This document shows positions 44,502-54,165 of a stretch of DNA of 64,000 bases, one piece after another; the stretch's first letter is position 1; every line of letters starts with the position of its first letter. The stretch lies in assembly GCA_043803405.1 (NCBI GenBank), contig JAZDKB010000015.1:96001-160000 (forward strand). Reading direction: 5' to 3'. This DNA comes from Spirochaetota bacterium. GTDB taxonomy: Bacteria; Spirochaetota; UBA4802; JAFGDQ01. Under the pieces are notes generated by a model, which worked only from the letters and a program-made list of their open reading frames with translations, had not been told where the DNA came from and did not search any database. A program made the position numbers and the translations under genes.

Positions 44502-47003
44502 ATGAAAACTGCTGACATTGCTGCAAAAAACCATGTTTCAATTGAATATATAATACAAATATGCAATGAGCTAGGTATACCATACAAAGACGAAAATACA
44601 GATATCTCTGAAAAGGATTTATTTCTTGTTGAGAAAAAGATAGAAGTTCTTAAAACAGAAAGGACAAAAAAGACTCTTAAACTGATGGAGAAAAAAGGAG
44701 AGAAGAATTCCGATAACAAATCCGGCAAGAAGATCAAGCTAAAAAGAAAAGTACATGTTTCAAAAGGACTAATAAAAGAAAAACCCGAAGAAAATTCTTC
44801 TGCTCCGGCTACACCTCCAGTGCCTGTAAAGGAAAAAGAGAAACCGGAAAAACCCTTTATTAGAAGAGAAGAAAAAAGACCTGAAAGGCCCCGCTTTCAG
44901 GGACAAAGAGACACAAGAAGAGAAGGCGGGTATCACCAGAATAAGGGAACGGGAACAGCCCCAAATGCAGGGAGAGATTCTCAAAGAAGTACACAGGCGC
45001 GGCCTGGCGGCGGCAGATTCCAGACAAATAAAAATACAGTAATTAAGCCAAAAGTTTCAGAAGGCGATAAAGAATCAATTAAAGAACATACAAAAGAAAC
45101 CTCCAGAAGAAAACTTCACGGAAAAGATAAAGACAAAAATAAAAGACTTATAGAAGAAAAATTTAAACAGGAAAAATTTTTAGAAAAAGACATTATTCTC
45201 CGTAAGAAAAAACCGCTTGAAAACCTTAAAAGAGAAATCGTAACACCAACCAGAATTGAAATTACGGAAAATATTTCAGTCGGAGATCTTGCGCATAAAT
45301 TAAATATTAAAGCAAGTGAAGTAATAACCAAACTCATGAAGTTAGGAGTTATGGCTACAATAAATCAGATCATCGATTCTGAAACCGCAGAAATACTTGC
45401 AGGCGAATACAATACAGAAGTTAAAGTCGTTTCCCTTTTTGAAGAAACCGTTATTAAGCTAAACGAAGTTGAAAATCCAGAGGATATGGCAACAAGACCC
45501 CCTGTCGTTACTATAATGGGTCATGTCGATCATGGAAAAACAAAACTGCTTGATACTATCAGAAAAACAAATGTTGTTGATCAGGAATTTGGCGGAATTA
45601 CACAGCATATAGGTGCCTATAAAATCTTTATCAATAATCATTTTATTACATTTTTAGATACGCCGGGTCACGCCGCGTTCACTACAATGAGAGCCCGGGG
45701 CGCAAAGGTTACTGATATTGTAGTGCTTGTCGTTGCCGTGAACGACGGTGTTATGCCGCAAACCATTGAAGCCATAAACCATGCTAAAGATGCAGGAGTA
45801 CCTACAGTTGTAGCTTTAAACAAAATCGATCTTCCGGAATCAAATCCGCAAAAAGTTAAACAGGAGCTTTCCAACTTCGGGCTTGTTCCGGAGGAATGGG
45901 GCGGACACACTCTGTATGCCGAAATTAGCGCTAAAAATAATATAAATATTGATAAATTGCTCGAGTTGATCCTGATTCAGGCGGAAATGCTTGAACTTAA
46001 ATCTAATACGAAAATTATGGCACGTGGAACTGTACTGGAATCAAGAATCGACCGCGGCAGAGGATCAGTGCCAACAATACTTGTTCAGCAGGGCATTCTT
46101 AAAGTTGGCGATCCGTTTGTAGTCGGTATATGTTCGGGTAAAGTCAGGGCAATGTTCGACGACAGAGGCAACCCGATCAATGAAGCAACGCCATCGACAC
46201 CGGTGGAGGTTCTTGGAATAACCGGCATACCTTCAGCAGGAGATCCGTTCCAGGTAGTTGAATCGGAAAAATATTCAAAGCAGATTTCCAATAAACGCCA
46301 GGAGCTTAGAAGAGTCGAAACAGCTAAAAAGATTAAAAAAGTCACTCTTGAAAATCTTAACGAGATGATTAAAGAGGGAGAAATCCAGGAATTAAAAATA
46401 ATTATAAAAGCGGACGTAGACGGTTCCGTACAGGCGTTGCAGGAAGAGCTGGAAAAATTAACGGTTGGGGATATTCGCGTTAAGGTTATTCACGGCGGTA
46501 CAGGAAGCATAAACGAATCAGATGTTATGCTAGCGTCGGCATCCAATGCGATAATAATCGGTTATCACATAAGGCCGACTGCAAAAATAGCAGACCTTGC
46601 AGAAAAAGAAAGCGTGTCAATACAGTTATTTAATATTATATTTGAGGCAACCAACAGCATTAAGACAGCATTACAGGGAATGCTGAAACCGGTTTATAAA
46701 GAAGAAATTATCGGTTCGGGCGAAATAACTAAAACATTTAAAATATCCAAAATCGGTACAATCGCAGGAGCTTTAGTTCAAAAAGGCAAACTGCAAAGGA
46801 CCAACAGCATCAGGTTAATCAGAGATGGAGTTGTAATTTACACAGGCAAACTTAAATCTCTCAAAAGATATCAGGACGATGCTTCAGAAATAGGCACAAC
46901 CCAGGACTGCGGATTCACAATCGACGGATATAATGATATAAAAGTCGGGGATACTTTTGAAGCATTTGCTATGGTTGAAGTTGAAAAAACACTAAATCCA
47001 TAA
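44502..47003 (+). CDS. infB: Translation initiation factor IF-2
   Basis: RPPVVTIMGHVDHGKT, DTPGHAAF, NKID, KADVDGS. Confidence 0.98.
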   Translation: MKTADIAAKNHVSIEYIIQICNELGIPYKDENTDISEKDLFLVEKKIEVLKTERTKKTLKLMEKKGEKNSDNKSGKKIKLKRKVHVSKGLIKEKPEENSSAPATPPVPVKEKEKPEKPFIRREEKRPERPRFQGQRDTRREGGYHQNKGTGTAPNAGRDSQRSTQARPGGGRFQTNKNTVIKPKVSEGDKESIKEHTKETSRRKLHGKDKDKNKRLIEEKFKQEKFLEKDIILRKKKPLENLKREIVTPTRIEITENISVGDLAHKLNIKASEVITKLMKLGVMATINQIIDSETAEILAGEYNTEVKVVSLFEETVIKLNEVENPEDMATRPPVVTIMGHVDHGKTKLLDTIRKTNVVDQEFGGITQHIGAYKIFINNHFITFLDTPGHAAFTTMRARGAKVTDIVVLVVAVNDGVMPQTIEAINHAKDAGVPTVVALNKIDLPESNPQKVKQELSNFGLVPEEWGGHTLYAEISAKNNINIDKLLELILIQAEMLELKSNTKIMARGTVLESRIDRGRGSVPTILVQQGILKVGDPFVVGICSGKVRAMFDDRGNPINEATPSTPVEVLGITGIPSAGDPFQVVESEKYSKQISNKRQELRRVETAKKIKKVTLENLNEMIKEGEIQELKIIIKADVDGSVQALQEELEKLTVGDIRVKVIHGGTGSINESDVMLASASNAIIIGYHIRPTAKIADLAEKESVSIQLFNIIFEATNSIKTALQGMLKPVYKEEIIGSGEITKTFKISKIGTIAGALVQKGKLQRTNSIRLIRDGVVIYTGKLKSLKRYQDDASEIGTTQDCGFTIDGYNDIKVGDTFEAFAMVEVEKTLNP

Positions 47004-47157
47004 TATGACTGAATAATCGGAAACCATCAAAATAATTATAGATGCCTTTTAATAAAATCCTAATAACAATAATTATACCAAAGTACAATTAGTTTGCGCT
47101 GCATTTTATTATGTCCATAAAATGCTTTAATAATCAACGGAGGCTGTATTAAGCTTA

Positions 47158-47583
47158 ATGCCAGGTTTTAGAAAAGAAAGATTGGAAAAAATGATAAAGA
47201 TGATCGTTGCTGATACTCTTCTTAAAGAAGTTAAAGACCCGAGGATCGGGTTTGCAACAATCACTGATGTAAAATTAAATAAGGATAAATCCGCAGCCAT
47301 TGTATCAGTCTCTGTAATGGGAGACGATACTGCGAAAAAGAAATCAATGATTGGATTAAACTCAGCCAGAGGTTTCTTTCAATTCAGAATAGGAAAGGAA
47401 ATTAAATTAAGGAATACACCTAAAATAATTTTCAAACTCGACAGCTCCATTGAAGAAGGCGTCGAGATGGTATATACTATCAACAAATTAGAAGAAGAAA
47501 GAATTAAAAAAGAAGCATTATCGAATCCGGAAGAAGAAGAAGAAGAAGAAGAAGATAATGATGATGATGTACAGAAGAGGTAG
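47158..47583 (+). CDS. rbfA: Ribosome-binding factor A with acidic tail
   Basis: KDPRIGF, LRNTPKIIFKLD; (GAA)8 at 47530-47553. Confidence 0.95.
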   Translation: MPGFRKERLEKMIKMIVADTLLKEVKDPRIGFATITDVKLNKDKSAAIVSVSVMGDDTAKKKSMIGLNSARGFFQFRIGKEIKLRNTPKIIFKLDSSIEEGVEMVYTINKLEEERIKKEALSNPEEEEEEEEDNDDDVQKR

Positions 47584-47588
47584 TTATT

Positions 47589-48530
47589 ATAGGTTCAGCA
47601 AAAAATTCAATTATTCTGATCGATAAACCAGTAGGACAAACATCATCAGATACGGTAAACGAATTAAAAAGAATACTTAACCTGAAGAGGATAGGGCATT
47701 CGGGCACACTGGATAAATTTGCTTCCGGACTGCTGATCGTCTGCACAGGCTGGGCAACAAAGCTTGCAAGGTATTTTCTGGAAAGCGATAAAAGATATAT
47801 CGCCCGCATTAAACTCGGAATTGTCACCGATACATGCGACCCAGAAGGCAAAATAATTGAAGAGAGAAAAACAACTTACCTTACTCCTGAACTAATTTTC
47901 ACAGCAGCATTAAAGTTTAAAGGCGAGTTCGATCAAATGCCTCCTCTCTATTCGGCATTAAAAGTTAAAGGTAAAAGAGCGTCCGATCTTACACGTAAAG
48001 GTAAAAATATTTCACTAAAAAAAAGAAAAGTAAATATAACAAAACTGGATATTTTAAAAATTGATCTTGACAATTCAACAGTGACAATAGACGTTACGTG
48101 TTCAAAAGGAACCTATATCAGGTCTCTGGCAAAAGATATTGGAGATTTTCTGGGAACCGGCGGACATCTGGAAAGCCTTCGCAGAATTGCTTCCGGAAAT
48201 TTTTCCATAGAAAACGCGGCAACTATCAATGAGCTTAAAGAATCCGCTGATGATAACAAAATTATCAGTAATTTAAATGCAGAAAAAAAGTATTTATATA
48301 AACCGGAAGAGGCATTAACGAATTTTTCTTATTTAAAAGTTAAAAATGCTATCGTTAAAAACATTTTAAACGGCGCGTTTTTCTTAAGGAATGATATAAT
48401 AAATATTTACAATAATGGGAAGAACCCTTTTATTATTTTAGATGAAGAAGAAAATCTTATTGCAATTGCTGATATTGATATTGATAATTGGTCAATTAAG
48501 TATTTGAACGTATTTAATAAAACTTCGTAA
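47589..48530 (+). CDS. truB: tRNA pseudouridine-55 synthase; non-canonical start (ATA 47589 or ATT 47586)
   Basis: In frame upstream of the track ORF: LIDKPVGQTS, GHSGTLDKFASGLL; then PPLYSALK, CSKGTYIRSL. Confidence 0.92.
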   Translation: MGSAKNSIILIDKPVGQTSSDTVNELKRILNLKRIGHSGTLDKFASGLLIVCTGWATKLARYFLESDKRYIARIKLGIVTDTCDPEGKIIEERKTTYLTPELIFTAALKFKGEFDQMPPLYSALKVKGKRASDLTRKGKNISLKKRKVNITKLDILKIDLDNSTVTIDVTCSKGTYIRSLAKDIGDFLGTGGHLESLRRIASGNFSIENAATINELKESADDNKIISNLNAEKKYLYKPEEALTNFSYLKVKNAIVKNILNGAFFLRNDIINIYNNGKNPFIILDEEENLIAIADIDIDNWSIKYLNVFNKTS

Positions 48531-48590
48531 TTGCTGTAATTACCGGGAAAAATATGAAATCTCAAACCGATAGGGGGATATAAAGTTATT

Positions 48591-48848
48591 ATGCAGGCGA
48601 AAAATGAAATTATAAATCAGTACAAGACGCATGAAAAAGATACCGGATCTTCAGAGGTTCAGATTGCTCTTTTAACTGGAAGGATAAATCATCTTACCGA
48701 GCATTTCAAATTACACGTAAAAGATTTTCATTCAAGAAGAGGCTTACTTAAGCTTGTAGGACAGAGAAGAAGACTTCTGAATTATTTAAAAAATAAAGAT
48801 CTTGAAAAATACAGAAGCATAATAAAATCTTTGGGCATCAGAAGGTAA
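48591..48848 (+). CDS. rpsO: 30S ribosomal protein S15
   Basis: [21 protein letters not shown]. Confidence 0.98.
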   Translation: MQAKNEIINQYKTHEKDTGSSEVQIALLTGRINHLTEHFKLHVKDFHSRRGLLKLVGQRRRLLNYLKNKDLEKYRSIIKSLGIRR

Positions 48849-48937
48849 AATTTAAATATTCGCTGCCTTTGCCTCAAAAACACGCGATAAAACCCCAAAT
48901 ATTATATTTATATGTTAATTAAATCAGGTGGAAAATA

Positions 48938-51016
48938 ATGAGCACCAGCTATTCAGTAGAAATTGGGAAAGATACAATTTTATTCAATACAGGCTATCTG
49001 GCCAAACAGGCAGATGGAGCCGTTGCAGCCTCAAGTAATGACACTGTCATTTTTGCCTCGGTCGTTATGTCGAGAGAGACTGCAGACAGAGATTTTTTTC
49101 CGTTAACCGTGGATTACAGGGAAAAATACTATGCTTCCGGCAAAATCCCCGGAGGTTATATTAAACGCGAACAAAGGCCAAGCGACAGAGAAACCCTTAC
49201 GTCCAGGCTGATCGACAGACCAATAAGACCATTATTTCCTAAAGACTTTGTAAATGAAGTCCAGGTTATTGTATATGTATTGTCTTCGGATACACAGACC
49301 CAAATGGATGTTCTTTCAATTAATGCCGCGTCTGCGGCTATTTCAATTTCAGGGCTTCCTTTTAGCGGCCCAATCGGAGCAGTCAGAGTTGCCAGAATCG
49401 AGGGAAAACTGACTGTAGATCCGACTTTTGAAGAGATGAGTTCCAGCGATCTCGACTTGGTAGTAGCCGGAACAAAAACTGCAGTAACCATGATTGAAGG
49501 ATCAGCAAAGAACTTATCCGAAGATGAGATGATTGATGCAGTAGTATTCGCTCATGAAAATATAAAAAAAATATGCTCAGCTATTGAAGAAATGTCAAAG
49601 TCGGCTGGAAAAACAACAGTGCAATACGTGCCGAAATCCGAAGATAAGGAATTGAAACAGGAAATAAAAAATATTTTTTATAAAGAAATAGAAAATCTTA
49701 TTCAGTTCAAAGATAAAAAAGAAAGAGAGAATGCGCATAAATCCATAATAGAAAAAGCAAAAGAAAGCCTTGCCGAAAAATTTCCTGACACAATCGGCCA
49801 GGCAGATTCCATCATAGATGAATTTGACGGCGAAATTCTAAGGAATAGAATCCTTGATGAAAAGCTGCGCGCTGACGGCCGCGGCCTTAAAGAAGTAAGA
49901 CCAATTGATGTTATGATAGGCATATTGCCAAGAGCACACGGTTCGGCTGTGTTCACACGCGGCCAAACCCAAAGTCTCGGAGTAGTCACATTAGGTACGG
50001 TATCCGATGCACAAAAGATTGATGCCATTGAAGGGCAAAGCTATAAAAAATTTATGCTTCATTACAACTTTCCTCCATTCTCCGTAGGAGAAACAGGAAG
50101 AGTCGGCGGCGTTGGCAGAAGAGAAATCGGTCATGGCATGCTTGCAGAACGTTCGCTTGAATATATTCTTCCGGATGAAAAAAAATTCCCATACACAATC
50201 AGGATAGTATCGGAAATTCTTGAATCCAACGGATCATCATCAATGGCTTCGATATGCTCTGGATCGCTTTCAATGTTTAACGCGGGCATTCCGGTAAAAG
50301 AAGCGATAGCAGGAATTGCAATGGGTCTTATTATGGAAGGAGACAGATACGCAATATTAAGCGATATTATCGGACTTGAAGACCATCTTGGAGACATGGA
50401 TTTTAAAGTTGCAGGCACAGTGACAGGGATAACAGGATTTCAGATGGACATAAAAATCCAGGGCATTACTCCGGCAATTATGAAAGAAGCGCTTTTACAG
50501 GCAAAAGAAAGCAGGCTTCACATCCTGGAAAAAATGAATAATAGTATTTCAAAACCGGAAAAAGAACTCTCGCCTTATGCACCGAGAATAATAACAATGA
50601 CGGTAGAGAAAGATAAAATCGGCGAGATCATCGGTCCCGGCGGCAAAATGATTAAAGGCATAACAGAAAGAACCGGAGCAGAGATAAATATTCAGGACGA
50701 TGGTACGGTTACAATTGCTGCTGTTAATAAAAATTCTCTTGAGCTTGCGGTGAAAGCAATTGAATCAATAATCGAAGAAGTCGAGATCGGCAAAATATAT
50801 TCAGGACGCGTAAAAAAGATAATGGATTTCGGCGCCTTTGTGGAAATTCTTCCCGGTAAAGAAGGTTTGTTACATATTTCCAAACTTGATTTTAAACGGG
50901 TGAATAATGTTACCGATATATTAAGCGAAGGTGATGCCGTTGATGTCAAGGTAATTGGCATAGACAAACTGGGCAGAATAGACCTCAGCAGAAAGGATGC
51001 TTTGCCGAAGAAATAA
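48938..51016 (+). CDS. pnp: Polyribonucleotide nucleotidyltransferase
   Basis: FFPLTVDYRE, RREIGHG, ESNGSSSMAS, GDMDFKVAG, KH and S1 domains. Confidence 0.98.
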   Translation: MSTSYSVEIGKDTILFNTGYLAKQADGAVAASSNDTVIFASVVMSRETADRDFFPLTVDYREKYYASGKIPGGYIKREQRPSDRETLTSRLIDRPIRPLFPKDFVNEVQVIVYVLSSDTQTQMDVLSINAASAAISISGLPFSGPIGAVRVARIEGKLTVDPTFEEMSSSDLDLVVAGTKTAVTMIEGSAKNLSEDEMIDAVVFAHENIKKICSAIEEMSKSAGKTTVQYVPKSEDKELKQEIKNIFYKEIENLIQFKDKKERENAHKSIIEKAKESLAEKFPDTIGQADSIIDEFDGEILRNRILDEKLRADGRGLKEVRPIDVMIGILPRAHGSAVFTRGQTQSLGVVTLGTVSDAQKIDAIEGQSYKKFMLHYNFPPFSVGETGRVGGVGRREIGHGMLAERSLEYILPDEKKFPYTIRIVSEILESNGSSSMASICSGSLSMFNAGIPVKEAIAGIAMGLIMEGDRYAILSDIIGLEDHLGDMDFKVAGTVTGITGFQMDIKIQGITPAIMKEALLQAKESRLHILEKMNNSISKPEKELSPYAPRIITMTVEKDKIGEIIGPGGKMIKGITERTGAEINIQDDGTVTIAAVNKNSLELAVKAIESIIEEVEIGKIYSGRVKKIMDFGAFVEILPGKEGLLHISKLDFKRVNNVTDILSEGDAVDVKVIGIDKLGRIDLSRKDALPKK

Positions 51017-51250
51017 CTTCTATTATAACAGCTTAAAAAAATAATTATACTCATTAGCGCCCGCTTATTATCATGGTATAATATCTTTACGCTTCTTTCT
51101 GAAAGAATCCTGTCTTTTGATTTAAAAAGCTGTTAAATAATTTATTTATTATTATTCTAAAATAATCAGCCAAGTTTACTAGTCATCTCAAAAATATGAT
51201 TTTACATAGATAGGTGATTTTGAATTGAAATACATTATAATAATATCAGC

Positions 51251-52507
51251 ATGATCATAAAATATAAATTGGATAATGGCTTAACCGTCCTTTTAGAGCC
51301 GATCGAAAGCGTCGTATCCATTTCCGCTGGTCTTTGGATAAAAGCCGGATCAAGGCATGAGAACAAAGATCAGCAGGGATATGCGCATTTTATCGAACAT
51401 ATGCTCTTTAAAGGAACAGAAAACTATTCGGCAAAAGAAATTGCTCAAATAGTTGACCGGGTTGGAGGACAGCATAACGCCATTACAAACAGGGAATACA
51501 CTTCCTATTATATTAATGTAATCTCGGATTATCTGGAACAATCCATCGACCTGTTGTCGGATATTTACTACAGGTCTCTTTTTAATAAAACCGATATTCA
51601 AAAAGAAAAAAATGTCATACTCGAAGAAATCAGCATGTATGAGGATACTCCTGATGAAATAATTCATGATATTTTCATGGAAGCCATGCTTTCCCAGCAT
51701 CCTCTCGGCAATCCGATTCTCGGCACTCATGAAAGCATTACTGATGCCAACAAAAAAAAATTAACTGCATTTTTTAACCGGCATTATAAAAACGAAAATT
51801 GTATCTTTGCCGTTGCCGGTAAATTTAAAATTCCAAAAACGAAAAGTTTAATTAAAACTTTTTTTTCTAAAAATCATAATAATATAATATTCAACGAAAC
51901 TCAGGACTACCCTGCCCCTGTAAGAATATTCAACAACCATGTTAAAAGGGATCTTGAACAGATACATTTTTGCCTTGGAGTAGAAGGCCTGAAAAAAGAT
52001 GACGATGACAGATGGGCACTTTATACAATAAGCACAATTCTTGGAGGCAGCGTGTCGTCAAGGCTGTTCCAGAACATCAGGGAAAAAGAAGGACTTTGCT
52101 ATTCCATATATTCATTTCATTCATCATACAGCGATACGGGAGTTTTCGGCATTTATTGCGGGACTTCACCCGAAAATTATAAACGCGTCCTCAATTTAAT
52201 TTTAAAGGAATGTAAAACTCTTTTAAAGAAAGGAATTACTGAACAGGAACTCAGCGATATAAAAGCATATATTAAAGGAAATCTTGCGCTAAGCCTCGAA
52301 AGCACGGAAGTAAGAATGGGGCAGCTCGCAAGAAATGAAATAACCTATGGACGGAACTTCTCTTTTCGAGAGATTATCGAGCAAATTAATAAAGTTACTA
52401 TCAACGATTTCAACAGGGTATGCGAAAAAATTTTTAAAGGAAAAAGGATTACAATAGTATCTATCGGGAAATGTAAGGATATAAATAATAATGCCTTATA
52501 CTTATGA
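51251..52507 (+). CDS. M16 family zinc peptidase
   Basis: HFIEHMLFKGT; SSRLFQNIREKEGLCY. Confidence 0.93.
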   Translation: MIIKYKLDNGLTVLLEPIESVVSISAGLWIKAGSRHENKDQQGYAHFIEHMLFKGTENYSAKEIAQIVDRVGGQHNAITNREYTSYYINVISDYLEQSIDLLSDIYYRSLFNKTDIQKEKNVILEEISMYEDTPDEIIHDIFMEAMLSQHPLGNPILGTHESITDANKKKLTAFFNRHYKNENCIFAVAGKFKIPKTKSLIKTFFSKNHNNIIFNETQDYPAPVRIFNNHVKRDLEQIHFCLGVEGLKKDDDDRWALYTISTILGGSVSSRLFQNIREKEGLCYSIYSFHSSYSDTGVFGIYCGTSPENYKRVLNLILKECKTLLKKGITEQELSDIKAYIKGNLALSLESTEVRMGQLARNEITYGRNFSFREIIEQINKVTINDFNRVCEKIFKGKRITIVSIGKCKDINNNALYL

Positions 52508-52621
52508 GTAAAAATTTATCATCACAAATAATAAATTATTGTTGAAATATATTTAAAAACAATAATAATACGCGCAATATTAACTATTTTAATATGTATC
52601 TTTATTATTCAGGATAAATAT

Positions 52622-53038
52622 ATGGCAAGCAAAGACGGTTCAAATAACAGCACTATAGGAGAAGGCTCCGTATTTGAAGGTAAATTCTATATAAGCGGGT
52701 CTTTAAGGATTGACGGTAAATTTGAAGGCGAAATTAAAACGGATGAAGAATTAATCGTCGGCCAGACGGGTAAAGTTAAAACCAATATAAATGCTAAATC
52801 GGTTGTAATTTCGGGAACCGTCATTGGCAATATTGTTGCGGAAAAAGAAGTGACATTGCTCGAAACGGCAAAAGTTTCCGGAGATATTGAAACGCCTTTT
52901 TTAGCGATACAACGCGGCGTTATTACGCAGGGACATATTACCATAACCGGCGGTCAAAAAGCGAACATCAAAAAATTAATCGATGATTCGTACGGAGACA
53001 AACTTGTTAAAGATGAAAAGCAGGATAGCAAAAAATAA
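52622..53038 (+). CDS. Bactofilin
   Basis: IGEGSVFEG, LRIDGKFEG, VVISGTVIGNI beta-helix repeats. Confidence 0.92.
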   Translation: MASKDGSNNSTIGEGSVFEGKFYISGSLRIDGKFEGEIKTDEELIVGQTGKVKTNINAKSVVISGTVIGNIVAEKEVTLLETAKVSGDIETPFLAIQRGVITQGHITITGGQKANIKKLIDDSYGDKLVKDEKQDSKK

Positions 53039-53099
53039 GATAATTTTTAACTTAATTATACCCGATAAATAAAATAATAATCATACAAAATTATCCCTC

Positions 53100-54122
53100 A
53101 TGAACAGACTGCATTATAAAACATATAAATTCGGAAACCTGGTAATTACAAAAATCAATAATGAAATTTCTTTGTCCTATAAAGGAAAGAAAAAAAATTT
53201 TTCCAGAATATTCTCGATGAATAATGTATTATTTGCAGGGAAAAAATTTATTATTCTTACACTCATCGTTTTATTTTCCGGTATTGGCTATTATTTATAT
53301 TATAATATCGATTCTAATTCTCATGACAGCATCTTTGAGGAAGATGAAAAGCATAAGAACGAGCTTTTATTATCACAGAAAACAGACTTTTCCGACCAAG
53401 GGAAAACCGAGAAATTAAAGATAAGAGAGCATACTGTAGAAGACGGTGACACATTAAGCGAACTCGCAAAAGAATACGGCGTATCAATGGATACGATCTG
53501 CGGCAGTAATAACCTTCGCTCTTACGATCTTATCCCGTCCGGCAAAAAATTAAATATCCCGAATAAAGACGGCATTCTGCACAAAGTAGCGAAAGGCCAA
53601 AGCGTAAATGATATTGCAAGGAATTATAAAGTTTCTGTCGATAAAATATTTGCTGAAAACGATAAAAAGAATTTTGATTTCGTATCAGTCGGAGAAATCA
53701 TCTTTGTGCCGGATGCAAAGCCCATGGATATTATACCCGGATTTATGTGGCCTGCTCAGAAATGGTATATTACGTGCAGATACGGCTGGAGAAGAGATCC
53801 TTTTAACGGCTACAGGCAATTTCATCAGGGACTGGATATCCGGTCAAAATATCAGCTTATCAGGGCTACTAAATACGGCAAAGTCACCTACACAGGCTGG
53901 ATGGGCAGATATGGGAATGTAATAATAATTGCTCATCAGAGTGGATGGAAATCCTTATACGGTCATTTGTCGAGGATTTTTGTAAATTCAGGGCAGTATG
54001 TTAAGCAGGGACAATGGATTGCAAGAAGCGGCAATACAGGATACTCCACAGGCCCTCATCTGCATTTTGAATTAATTAAAGACGGCATTCCGAAAAATCC
54101 TTATAATTATTTATCAAGATAA
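53100..54122 (+). CDS. LysM x2 + M23 peptidase
   Basis: HTVEDGDTLS; HQGLD, YGHLS, STGPHLHFE. Confidence 0.93.
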   Translation: MNRLHYKTYKFGNLVITKINNEISLSYKGKKKNFSRIFSMNNVLFAGKKFIILTLIVLFSGIGYYLYYNIDSNSHDSIFEEDEKHKNELLLSQKTDFSDQGKTEKLKIREHTVEDGDTLSELAKEYGVSMDTICGSNNLRSYDLIPSGKKLNIPNKDGILHKVAKGQSVNDIARNYKVSVDKIFAENDKKNFDFVSVGEIIFVPDAKPMDIIPGFMWPAQKWYITCRYGWRRDPFNGYRQFHQGLDIRSKYQLIRATKYGKVTYTGWMGRYGNVIIIAHQSGWKSLYGHLSRIFVNSGQYVKQGQWIARSGNTGYSTGPHLHFELIKDGIPKNPYNYLSR

Positions 54123-54165
54123 CAGTCAAGATAAGAGTACAACCTTTTACAGAGAATTTTAATAT

